From a virus, in the IMG/VR virus record IMGVR_UViG_3300027782_000044, positions 32,001 through 96,000 of that record: 64,000 bases of DNA. One strand, 5' to 3'. Of this stretch, positions 29,847-39,900 are shown piece by piece. Within the stretch, counting starts at the first letter, position 1. Each line of letters starts with the position of its first letter. The translations under genes and the position numbers were made by a program. The notes below the pieces were generated by a model. The model saw nothing but the letters and a program-made list of their open reading frames with translations. It was not told the DNA's origin and made no database searches.

Positions 29847-30080
29847 TTACTTTTTTGTAAAACCGAACGATGCTTCGTTTGGGTTGAGTGCTTTTAAAAT
29901 TACGGGTGCTGTGGCAGCAAAACCGCCCATTAGTAGGTCTCTTGGACTAGTGTTGCCAGTCATGTATAGAGCAATTGCGGCTCCCAAGAAATGACGTCCG
30001 TAACTTGCCAGTGCTGCTAGAATTTTCTCTTGCATTGTAACCTTTCCATCTCCATTAAGATCTTCTTTAGCTTTTGCCAT
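29847..30080 (-). CDS. Small membrane protein, possible holin
   Basis: Two hydrophobic segments, ALASYGRHF...PVILKALNP.E..FG; N-terminal DLNGDGKVT EF-hand-like loop. Confidence 0.5.
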   Translation of the reverse strand: MAKAKEDLNGDGKVTMQEKILAALASYGRHFLGAAIALYMTGNTSPRDLLMGGFAATAPVILKALNPNEASFGFTKK

Positions 30081-30152
30081 TTTTGATCCTCCTTATTTCT
30101 AGGCGGGAAGCCTAGGAATTTTGAGCCTTAGCCCAATTCTATAATTGTACCA

Positions 30153-32087
30153 CTATGCGCTAATATCTACCAATTCACAATTTCCATCAGAGCTGCAAGC
30201 AAGAGTAGCATTTGTTGAAGTTCCATCTTCTGTTTCATAAAAAGATAAATCCTCCCAACGAATTTCTTTTGGCATTTTTGCAACAAGGATCTCGTACTCT
30301 GCTTTGGTCACTTCTTGGTAAGGGGCTTGCTTATAAGAGTGATCTGAATGTGGAAGGAATGAAATTCCAGACACTTCATCAAAATGCTTATATACCCAAG
30401 CACCAACTTCCATCCACTCATCTTCCTTTACAGAAACTGTGATTGATGGCTTATGCTCACACCATGCACGTTGGTAAACTAACCAAATATTTAAATGCTC
30501 AATAGCAGTTAAATCATTTCTAACAATTGCTCCTTCTGGTGCTTTTACTGGGAAAGAAAAAACATACGTTTCATTTGGCTTCATCACATCATCTTCTACT
30601 GGAATTCCAACTTCTTTAAGAAATACAGAAATAGGATCTCCCTTTGAACCACGAACAGTTCTAATATAATATGGGGAATGCCACGCATGCATACCAGAAG
30701 ATACTCCAACTAGTTGAGACACGGTTCCAGATGGTTTTACGCATGTAATGGCTGCAGATTCTGGAATTCCAATTTTTCCTGCTTCTTTTTTATTTGTTTC
30801 TCTTGCTGATTCACGAAGATTCATCAAAAAAGCTTCAAGGGAAACTAGGTCTTCTTTCCCTGACATAAACTTGTTTCCAAATTGTCCAGTCAGAGAAACT
30901 CCAAGTAATCTTTCTTCTTCTGTATTATCTTTCCATATCTTTCTAAGATATTTAAAATCAGTAAGCGTAGATTGCCATGTGCCAAGAATTGTAGCTAGTT
31001 CTACTTTGCGTTCAATATCTTTCTTTGTATCACCTTCACGTAATACGACTTCTGAAAGATTACAAAACTGGTAAGGACGTAAAATAATTTCTGAACACGG
31101 GTTAGTGCCATAGTGTATATCTGGATCTCTTCTTCCATATTTGGCTGCTTGGGCTTGAGCTGCGGCCACATTATATATACCTCGTTCTCCCGACTTTGAG
31201 TCATATAGAGATTTCCATTCTGCAATAAATTGCTCCATATCTGGCTTGCGTGAGTATGCAACAGAATTATTAGACAATGCTCTCTGAGGGCTTTGCTCCC
31301 ACCAGTTTCCTGATTTAGCCTGTGCCATTTCAATATCGTTAATGTTAGAAAGAGAAATCATTGCTGAGCGACGAACTCCTCCTACAACAACTACTTCACC
31401 AATCTTGCACATAATATCATGGCATTCAATTGGCTTAAGGTTTCTTCCTGCGGCATTTTTAAATTTTGCAATTGTAAAATCAAACAAGTTAACCAAGGGC
31501 TGTGGACCAGATGATCTTCCGCCCATTGTCTTAAGTCTTGCGCCTGCAGGACGAACCTTAGAAACATCTATTGCTGGAATCTGACCAGACCAAAGAAGGG
31601 CTAGCAACTCACGATACGCTTTTGCCCATCCTTGCTTTGAATCTTCTACAATAATAACTGTAGTTGATTTTTCTAAAGATTCTGGGACGGCAGGAAGTTT
31701 ATTAATATACTTGTATTCAACAGAAAACCCTACACCCGTTCCACACATAAGGATATACATTGTTTCATCAAATGAACGTGGTGAGTCAACTGGCAAAAAA
31801 GCACAATTGTATCCTGCAACATTATCTCGTTCTAGTGCTGCTCCTGAAGTCATTACGGAGCGCATTGAGGGCATGACATTTCTTTTAAATACACCGTCTT
31901 TTAATTCCGCTACAAGCTTCTCAGTTGGAATGTAATTGTGGTTTTGCTTTAGGTGATTCAGCATATAGTCAAAATATCTATCTACTGTTTCACCCCACGT
32001 TTCACGACGGTTCTCTTCTGGAATCCATCTAGCGTAACGCGATAACGCAATAAAATTTTCGTAAGGGTTTGCAATAGTATTTGACAT
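30153..32087 (-). CDS. nrdJ: Class II (adenosylcobalamin-dependent) ribonucleotide reductase
   Basis: SRYARW, MPSMR, YNCAF, VVGGVRRSA, TNPCSEI, CNLSE, TCVKPSGTVS, C-terminal LACSSDGNCE; no small subunit adjacent. Confidence 0.92.
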   Translation of the reverse strand: MSNTIANPYENFIALSRYARWIPEENRRETWGETVDRYFDYMLNHLKQNHNYIPTEKLVAELKDGVFKRNVMPSMRSVMTSGAALERDNVAGYNCAFLPVDSPRSFDETMYILMCGTGVGFSVEYKYINKLPAVPESLEKSTTVIIVEDSKQGWAKAYRELLALLWSGQIPAIDVSKVRPAGARLKTMGGRSSGPQPLVNLFDFTIAKFKNAAGRNLKPIECHDIMCKIGEVVVVGGVRRSAMISLSNINDIEMAQAKSGNWWEQSPQRALSNNSVAYSRKPDMEQFIAEWKSLYDSKSGERGIYNVAAAQAQAAKYGRRDPDIHYGTNPCSEIILRPYQFCNLSEVVLREGDTKKDIERKVELATILGTWQSTLTDFKYLRKIWKDNTEEERLLGVSLTGQFGNKFMSGKEDLVSLEAFLMNLRESARETNKKEAGKIGIPESAAITCVKPSGTVSQLVGVSSGMHAWHSPYYIRTVRGSKGDPISVFLKEVGIPVEDDVMKPNETYVFSFPVKAPEGAIVRNDLTAIEHLNIWLVYQRAWCEHKPSITVSVKEDEWMEVGAWVYKHFDEVSGISFLPHSDHSYKQAPYQEVTKAEYEILVAKMPKEIRWEDLSFYETEDGTSTNATLACSSDGNCELVDISA

Positions 32088-32290
32088 TTATAGTACCTGT
32101 TTCTCCGCCTAGCGGTCTAATTTAATTTAAGTAGAGTCCTATTCTACCAAACTTTTTTACGCATGGGAAGAGCATTAAATTAAAAGTAAAGAAAATAGCT
32201 TTATTATTAGTTAACTAAAACAAATATAACATGACCTCTAGGTTGACAGATTAAACTTTTTAATGGTATTCTTAGAGTTCGTTATCTCTA

Positions 32291-32866
32291 TTGGAGGAAA
32301 TGCCTATGGAGAATATAAAAGAAAAGCTTAGCGATGTTTTACATCACTATGTTGCAATAGCAGTAGCTGTATTGTTTTTATTTACTGGTCAACCAGAAAT
32401 GATTCAATCAGCATCTGCACTGGTTGTAAAACCAGATGTAAAAACCGAAGCACAACTTGACAAGGAAACGCTGAAGCAATTCAGTAATACTGTGTGGAAA
32501 CCATCTGAGTCTTTAACAGATAAAGAATTGGTTGAACTTCTCAAAGCTGTAGGCTTTGAGGGTAGCGCCCTTAAAATGGCGTGGGCCGTAGCTAAAAAGG
32601 AGTCTAATGGACGCCCAATGGCTTATAACGGCAACATAAAAACTGGAGACAGCTCTTATGGAATTTTTCAGATTAACATGTTGGGAAACCTAGGTGATAA
32701 TCGTAAAGAAAAGTTCAAACTGGACAGTAACTATTCGTTATTTGATCCAGCAATCAACGCAGAGATAACGTATTATATGACCAATGGCGGTCAAGATTGG
32801 TCGTCATGGAAAGGTTTAACTCCTCAAACAAAAGAGTGGCTAAACAAATTTCCATCTAGAAGTTAG
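32291..32866 (+). CDS. Lytic transglycosylase-like (lysozyme fold) protein with N-terminal membrane segment
   Basis: AVAKKES.G, SYGIFQIN, LFDP..NA, W..W; TTGACA promoter upstream. Confidence 0.8.
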   Translation: MEEMPMENIKEKLSDVLHHYVAIAVAVLFLFTGQPEMIQSASALVVKPDVKTEAQLDKETLKQFSNTVWKPSESLTDKELVELLKAVGFEGSALKMAWAVAKKESNGRPMAYNGNIKTGDSSYGIFQINMLGNLGDNRKEKFKLDSNYSLFDPAINAEITYYMTNGGQDWSSWKGLTPQTKEWLNKFPSRS

Positions 32867-32878
32867 AAAGGATTTACT

Positions 32879-33100
32879 ATTAAGATACAATTGGTATCTG
32901 AATATCTGAGCCTTTCAAGAGAAGGTCTTGTTTCAGAAATGGCTTGTCCATTAGATCAAGGCCTTCTCTTTTCTAACACAGACAACGAAGATAAAATTTT
33001 TATTTATTGTGTTTCTTGTAAATACAAAAGCTATGTCGGTACAGCCCTTTATAGCAAAATGGTGAAAGAAATAAAAAATGCAAATAGAAAGCAAGTTTAA
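32879..33100 (+). CDS. Small Cys-containing hypothetical protein
   Basis: CPLD...CVSC; RBS GAAAGGA sits in front of an in-frame ATT at 32879 rather than the TTG at 32891. Confidence 0.55.
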   Translation: MKIQLVSEYLSLSREGLVSEMACPLDQGLLFSNTDNEDKIFIYCVSCKYKSYVGTALYSKMVKEIKNANRKQV

Positions 33101-33646
33101 TAAGGACTTGGTTTTAGATATGTCTTCTAATATACCATGTGCACATATACCTAGGGCATTTCTTGCTGAAAAAGCATTAAATGTCATACAATCATATTTA
33201 GAGCTAGCTAAAGTTCGAGGCTTAAATACAATTGACGAAGTGCTTGAAGATATAAAAGTAAAAAATGACTGAAACTAATTCTAGCAACCTAGAAGACAAT
33301 CTGCCTATGGTAAATTATATAATGCTTCATAGAATATATGACGTATTATGCCTGATAGCCAAGCAAGGTGGGGATGTAAAAGAAATAGAGAAAATGGTAG
33401 AATATCATAAAGAAGGATTCTTGCTGGGACCTTCCCCAGCATTTATTTCTGAGGAGAATAATGGATAGAGAAGAAATAATCAACCTCATGACTGAGGTTT
33501 TTAGCGAAACAAATAAGAGCATGGCTCTAGCAAGCGGTATGGAAGAGGCTGAAGTAGATAAGTTTATTGAGCAAAGCACTCCTTCTATTAATCATGCATT
33601 GACTGCTGTATACGATGTGCTTCTTGAAAAAGAACTCGTAAAATAG
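33078..33646 (+). CDS. Three small overlapping hypothetical genes (33078-33272, 33265-33468, 33461-33646)
   Basis: Overlapping ORFs in an operon-like run. Confidence 0.6.
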
Positions 33647-33720
33647 TATTGCTTTGTCAAAAAAAATATACTACAATATAAGTGTGTAATATTAATTACA
33701 CTATGCGGATATAACGCAAC

Positions 33721-33760
33721 AAAAACCCTAAAGGATCCGCCTCCTTTGGGGTTTTTTGTT
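33721..33760 (+). terminator. Terminator-like hairpin upstream of the TylF-like gene
   Basis: AAAAACCCTAAAGGA-TCCGCC-TCCTTTGGGGTTTTTT. Confidence 0.65.
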
Positions 33761-33771
33761 TAAGGAGCAAA

Positions 33772-34404
33772 ATGGACTCGTATTTAAGCAGATGGACTGA
33801 AGACCAAGATTTTGTAAAACTACATAATGATTTTAATTTAATATGTAACATACAAAATTCTATGGACAATGCCCAGTACGGAAGAATATATATACTTAGG
33901 CAATTAGCAAGACATCAATCTGTAGTAAACCCTGATTTAAATTTTGCTGAGTCTGGTGTATACGCTGGAATGACAATGTTTTTTACCGCCGAGTTCTGTA
34001 ATAAATCTTTTATAGGCATTGATTCTTGGGAAGGTGTTTCTGAGCCAGGAGAATTCGATACAGAATATTTTAAAACAGTAAAGTTAAAATCTGAAATGGC
34101 GTGGGCAAAAAACAACCTATCTAGATACAAAAATATAGAATTAAAAAAAGGCTGGATACCAGAAGTATTTAAAGACATAGAAGATAAGCAATACTCATTT
34201 GTACATGTAGATGTAGACCTATATGAACCAACAAAAGAATCTATAGAGTACTTTTGGCCTAAAATAGTTTCTGGTGGGGTATTAATATGTGATGACTACG
34301 GATCTTATAAAACAGAAGGATCTAGGAAAGCTGTAAAAGATGCTTTTGAAAACCACAATATACTTGAGTTGCCGACTGGCCAGGCTATTATGTGGAAGAA
34401 ATGA
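33772..34404 (+). CDS. TylF/MycF-family O-methyltransferase
   Basis: FAESGVYAG, DSWEG, KGWIP, FVHVDVDLYEPT, GGVLICDDYG. Confidence 0.85.
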   Translation: MDSYLSRWTEDQDFVKLHNDFNLICNIQNSMDNAQYGRIYILRQLARHQSVVNPDLNFAESGVYAGMTMFFTAEFCNKSFIGIDSWEGVSEPGEFDTEYFKTVKLKSEMAWAKNNLSRYKNIELKKGWIPEVFKDIEDKQYSFVHVDVDLYEPTKESIEYFWPKIVSGGVLICDDYGSYKTEGSRKAVKDAFENHNILELPTGQAIMWKK

Positions 34405-34416
34405 TACAATAATACT

Positions 34417-35067
34417 ATGACTACTTGGATGAAAAAAGAATTTGAAGATAGTGGATATTCTGTAGAGTGCCCTATTGATGGGCTTCTAGTTGTTAAAAAT
34501 TTTATAACACCAGAAGAAATTGAAGAATATAAATCTATTATTGCAAATATTACGGAAGAGCAATGGGATGAGTGGTATACAAGCCAATTAAAAGTTTTTA
34601 CAAAACAAAAATTTGGAAGAGAAGATGTTGAAAATTTAGTCAAAGAAGGTTTGTATGAAATAACATCAAACTGGAATGACAAAAACTATTCATTTATCAA
34701 CGCAGAAATTCATAGAAGAATAGATAAAAGATTTAATGATGTTCTTGAAAAAACAGATGAAGGACTAATATTGAGTGGATTTTATTTCTTTCAAAGAATG
34801 TACGACGGTGTTCAGCTAGTATCCCATCATGATCAAAACACAGATGAATCAATTAAGCATGCTGCAGTAATATATATAAATGACGATTATAATGGTGGAG
34901 AAATTTTTTGGGCTAAAAAGAATTTTGAAATGAAACCAGCCCCTGGAGATCTTTTACTATTTGGTGGAGATCCAGAGTGGGAACACGGAGTAAGGTTTGT
35001 AACGGAAGGACCTATGAGATATGTCCTTCCAGGATTTATAAAGATACCTAACTTTTATAAGCCTTAA
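34417..35067 (+). CDS. 2OG-Fe(II) oxygenase, prolyl 4-hydroxylase-like
   Basis: HHD...YINDDYNGGEI...HGV...RY. Confidence 0.85.
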   Translation: MTTWMKKEFEDSGYSVECPIDGLLVVKNFITPEEIEEYKSIIANITEEQWDEWYTSQLKVFTKQKFGREDVENLVKEGLYEITSNWNDKNYSFINAEIHRRIDKRFNDVLEKTDEGLILSGFYFFQRMYDGVQLVSHHDQNTDESIKHAAVIYINDDYNGGEIFWAKKNFEMKPAPGDLLLFGGDPEWEHGVRFVTEGPMRYVLPGFIKIPNFYKP

Positions 35068-35070
35068 TTT

Positions 35071-35625
35071 TTATGAAAAAGTAACACACAAAATAAGAGA
35101 GTCTTCTTCTCCAAAATTAGATAGCTCTTCGCTACAAGGATTTGTAAGTATACAATATGATTCATTTGCACTGAAAGTTTTTTCTTCAACAAGGCTTGTC
35201 TTTAAGCTTCCGTCAAATACAATATACATCTTGTACCGCTCTTCGGCATCGTCTTCTACTTCTGATCCATAAAAAACATTATTTGTATATGTAAATGGCT
35301 CAGAATTAGAATAAGCAATTGTATAATACTTACTTACTGTTGGGAAAGAACCATTTTGTGTTTCAAAAAGCTCTGCTAGCTTTGTTCTAATTCCAACAAA
35401 AATAGGTTTTACTAAAAATCTTGAATGATAATAAACAGTTTTTGTTATATTGCCATCAACATCGACAAATTTTTCATCATCTGCTGCAGTTGCTAGCCAT
35501 TCTTTAAGAGCAATTATATCTTCTTCTGGAATACTCATAAAAAAAATATTCTCTTTAACTTTAGGCTCAAGGCCTGTGATTTCTGGCTCTTCTCCAGCGT
35601 GAGTTACATCATCAAGTATTCCCAT
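35071..35625 (-). CDS. Hypothetical protein
   Basis: Coupled to the upstream gene by a TAATG overlap. Confidence 0.55.
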   Translation of the reverse strand: MGILDDVTHAGEEPEITGLEPKVKENIFFMSIPEEDIIALKEWLATAADDEKFVDVDGNITKTVYYHSRFLVKPIFVGIRTKLAELFETQNGSFPTVSKYYTIAYSNSEPFTYTNNVFYGSEVEDDAEERYKMYIVFDGSLKTSLVEEKTFSANESYCILTNPCSEELSNFGEEDSLILCVTFS

Positions 35626-35918
35626 TACTTTGCAGCCTTCCAAGCTTCAAGATCTGACATATCAGATTCTGTTCCAAAGTTTGATACTAGGTATTCTTCC
35701 GATTCTTCCAACTTTAAATTGGCTGTATCAGTAGTCAATTCATCGTAATTTTGATCTTCTTGATACTTGAGTGTCAACTTGCCATCTTTTGTTGCTTCAA
35801 CAATGTCTTCATCAGATAGTGATGGGTTTGCTGCTTTAAATTCTTTAACTAGAAAAAGGTCAAACTTATTCCAGATAGCCTCTACTCTTTCAGAGTCAAT
35901 TGTACTAAAAAATGCCAT
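35625..35918 (-). CDS. Acidic hypothetical protein
   Basis: AAGGAG RBS and TATAAT upstream. Confidence 0.6.
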   Translation of the reverse strand: MAFFSTIDSERVEAIWNKFDLFLVKEFKAANPSLSDEDIVEATKDGKLTLKYQEDQNYDELTTDTANLKLEESEEYLVSNFGTESDMSDLEAWKAAK

Positions 35919-36201
35919 GGTGTATCTCCTTTAATTTTTAAGAATAAGTATATTATACCCTACATATTCTACAGATTCAATGTCATAAAAAGTGCGGCGA
36001 AAAGTGAGCCGAAAATTAGAGACCATCATTTTCACTTTCCTGTATTTTCCTCAACATCTCTATATATGCCAGTGCATCTTCCTCAGATGGCCCCTTTATA
36101 TATTCCTGTACAGGTACACCTGCCCATAGAATAAAAAGGAGGGCGGAAAGAGGAACATCATAAGCTAGCATATAGGTATTATACTCCCAATTTAATCCAA
36201 G

Positions 36202-36276
36202 TAGGCCTATTGGGATTTGAACCCAAAGTCGATTGCATATAAGACAATTGCTTTAACCAGATTAAGCTATAGGCCC
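36202..36276 (-). tRNA. tRNA-Ile (anticodon UAU)
   Basis: GGGCCTA/TAGGCCT acceptor, GCTT/AAGC D stem, ATTGT-CT TAT AT-GCAAT anticodon arm, TTGGG-TTCAAAT-CCCAA T arm; no encoded CCA. Confidence 0.88.
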
Positions 36277-36996
36277 TTATATTAGCCTATTATCTGATAT
36301 ATGATACCAAGGATAAAAGTCATTGCAGTTACTATGGCTATAGCCAAAAGAAGTTTCACTGTTCTATCCCCGTTTTTTTAAAAATTGAATCTAGGACTTG
36401 ATCCATAGAATCATCTATCGTTCTAGTATGTTGCTTTGTACAGCTTCCACATTCTCTACACATATCTATCACCTATTTGTCTTATATTCTTTATCTTGTT
36501 TTATAGATTTTATCTGGGGATATTAGATTTTAGGAAAGCCCCCCTACCCCCCAAATTTTTTCTTTTTGGAAAGATAGAGAAAGCAATTCCTGGAACATAT
36601 ATCCACAGATGTTATCTGGTACATATTGAGTTTCAGGGTAAGCCCCCCACAAAGCAAACTAAGTGTAGCATTTTACTTTTACCAAAGTCAATAGCTTATA
36701 TAACAGCTATGTTGATCAAGTAGTATCTTACCATATTCCCCGCCATATATTCTAGTTGACTGCTTTTTCAGATTTCACAAAATGTTAATATATTTTTTAC
36801 ATGTATGATACACAATCTAGGCAAAACGGACATTTGGGATAGTGCGCCCATAGTTAAGCGTTTTTGTGATGTATCTCACGCAATTATTTTGTGATGTGCC
36901 TCACAATGTCCGAATTATACGCATTTTGGATTAGACATTTGTCAGACCCCCATGCTATGCTTAAGGTATAACAAACAAACGAAAGGTAATCATCTA

Positions 36997-39900
36997 ATGA
37001 ATACACTAGAACGAATTAGAAAAGAACAACAAGAGCGTTATGCGATACAGCGTGAGAAAGATAAGGCTAAAATTGAGGCTATGTTTTCTAACAATTCCCG
37101 CCCATTAAATAACGCTTACCTACTAGCAAAAGAGGAGAACTAGTGTGACGAAGGTCACATAAATACTTTTGCGACACACCCGACAATGTCCCCAAAATGT
37201 CAGACCCCCATGCTACACTTACAACATAACAACAACGAAAGGTCACAATAAATGACACTAGATGAATACAAGCAAATGGTAGAGGCTCAACGCCTTGCCT
37301 CCCTATCAGTAGCCCTAGAGGCGCTAACTAAGTCAGACGCTATTGCTAAGGAGATGAATAAATAATGTCATACGCATACTCATACGAAACTAACTCAGTA
37401 TCTAAATGGGATACTATCCAATCAGATGTCGCAGACGCATACGCATACCTTGATGAGGTAGATGAGGAACAACCTCCACTAGATGATTTTGATGACTCAG
37501 ATGATGAGGCACTAGCAAAACTATTCGCACTAACATGGGAGAACTAATAATGATGTACCCTAACGATACACTAGCAAACATGGCTAAAGATTTTGGCTAT
37601 GATGTAACACCTAACTTTCTTGAACTACTAAACAAGGCTTATGAACTAGGCGTGGAGGATACTTACTAATGATTAACGCTTTTGAGAATTTACTATCTAT
37701 CGAACTAAACGAATACGGACTATGCGTTGATACAGCATGGTTTTACATAGCGTTAGATTATCGCTTTTTAACTACCGCCCTGCTAGTAACTATTGCCTAT
37801 AAGATTTATAAAAGAAAGAAGAATAAGTAATGAATAGACTACTTACCACACTAGTACAGTTAGCCCTTATCATCCCCGCCCTTATCATGGGGCGCATGAT
37901 GTGGCGTGAGATCGTAGCGAACTTTAGAGAGTGGGCTAACTCACACTAGCCTAACGGCGTGTCGGCTTGACAATGTCAAGCTGGCCCGCAAGTACTTGCG
38001 GGAGTTATCCACAGGGTTACGTACGACTGTGGAAAACCCCAGGATTTATGTGAGATTAATCACAAAAAATAGTTTTGCGACACGCCCGAGAAACACCTCA
38101 AAATGTCAGACCCCCCTGCTATAATTGCGGTATAACGAAAAGAAAGGTGGTCTAAAATGACTACACTAGAAATGACCAAGTGCCTAGAGCACACCCCTAA
38201 TAAGCCTGCTATCTCAGATGTAGGAGATGAGCAATTCACCTTCTGTGAGAATTGTGAGCAAAACATCTCACGCTATTATGGTGACCATGACCCTGAGCGT
38301 TTGCCTATGTGGACAGATTGGTATTTAACTAAATGAGTATCTTTACTAAGTTTGCTACTGTAAGCGATTACCCTAAAGGCTTAATGAACCTATGCCCATG
38401 CGGGCAGGTAGTGTTAGCCCCTGCCCTATACCATGCGGGGCAACCCCATTGGGATAACCCTAATAAGTGTAAAGAATTGTGGGCTATCTCACAAAAAGAA
38501 ATTACCAACACGCCCTCTAAATAAGGCAAAATGTCAGTACCCTCTGCTATAATTCCATTATCAACAAAACGAAAGGCGGTCAAAATGACTGTACTAATCT
38601 CATCAGAGGTTCTAGAGAATAGAGCCCTCTCTATCTCAGAGCCTCAATTCTATCGTGTGGCTACTACCTCACTAATTGCTTGCTCTATCTGTGCGGATAA
38701 CTACCTAGAGGTATTCTCTAAAGATGCCGACTTTACTAAATTTACATGTGAGGGGTGCTGGTAATGAATAAAGATGAAAAGATTGCTAAGATTACCGAAA
38801 TGGCAAAAGCACAATTTGGAGACAACTACCTTGCTTGCTTATGGGGATCATCTCGCGTTTTATTATCAGATAAAGATTTAAACATTATTATAAAAGTATT
38901 GGAGAATAAATAAAATGGGAAAAACACAATTCGAAAAAGATTTAGAAATTAAAGAAAGTTTTATAGATTTACTAAATGATGTTTACCCTGATGTAAAAAT
39001 TGGTTACTCTACTTTTACAGCCGCCGAAATTTTGGAATGTTGCGACCCAATCGCTTTTTCAATCGGACTAATTGAACATGAAGATTATTTAGCAGAAATG
39101 GAAAACGAATAATGAAAGAAACAGAAATTAAAAATAAGTGTACCTGTGACGAACACGATTGTGAAATTAAAGATGACTATACGCAAAATGGTTATATGTG
39201 CGAAGATTGTTTTATGGATTGCGTAGAAATGGAAAACGAATGAGCGACATTTTTGGATTTGAAAAAGCAATTCAATTAGATCATCTTAGCGATGAGCAGA
39301 TTTTAAAGCTTGAAGAAATTTTTAAAGATTTCGAATAAGTAACGGCGTGTCGGCTTGACAAAAGCTGATCCGCCCGCAAAAGAGCGGGGTCGGGCGTGTC
39401 GTTACGGGTGTGATCAAAATTACCCAGGTTTTACGGCGTGTCGATTTGACAGACAAAACGGACATTTTTGTGTGAGGTTTATCACATGGCTTGAGCGTCT
39501 CAAAATGTGGAATTACTCGCTAGTAATGTGAAAATGTCAGTGCGATAGGCTATAATTGCTACTATCAACAAACGAAAGGTGACAACTAATGTCAGCAAAA
39601 CCATACACAATCGTAAGCCTCTTAGAGGGAAAATACTATCGCTCACACTCACGCCATGATGAAGGCGTTATCCAATACGCAACGCCTCGCCCTGAAATTT
39701 GGTACGGCTCAGGCTTTGAGGCTTATGCTATCGAGGTTCGCTCAACTCGTGGAATTAAAAACTTTTGGGCAACTGTCGCGGTAAAGGTTGGTGACTAATG
39801 ATTAAAGAATACTTAGATGAAAACGAATTTTATTTTATTAAAGACCAAATAAAAATTCATTGTGACGAGCAACAATTTGTCCATGTCTGTAAAGCGCATG

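Noticed and set aside
32088-32290. Cobalamin riboswitch before nrdJ or c-di-AMP riboswitch before the transglycosylase
   Set aside because: The spacer is short, AT-rich and occupied by divergent promoters; no conserved riboswitch core recognised.
36436-36723. 95-aa ORF at the island boundary
   Set aside because: Low-complexity sequence, TTG start, no RBS; more likely non-coding.
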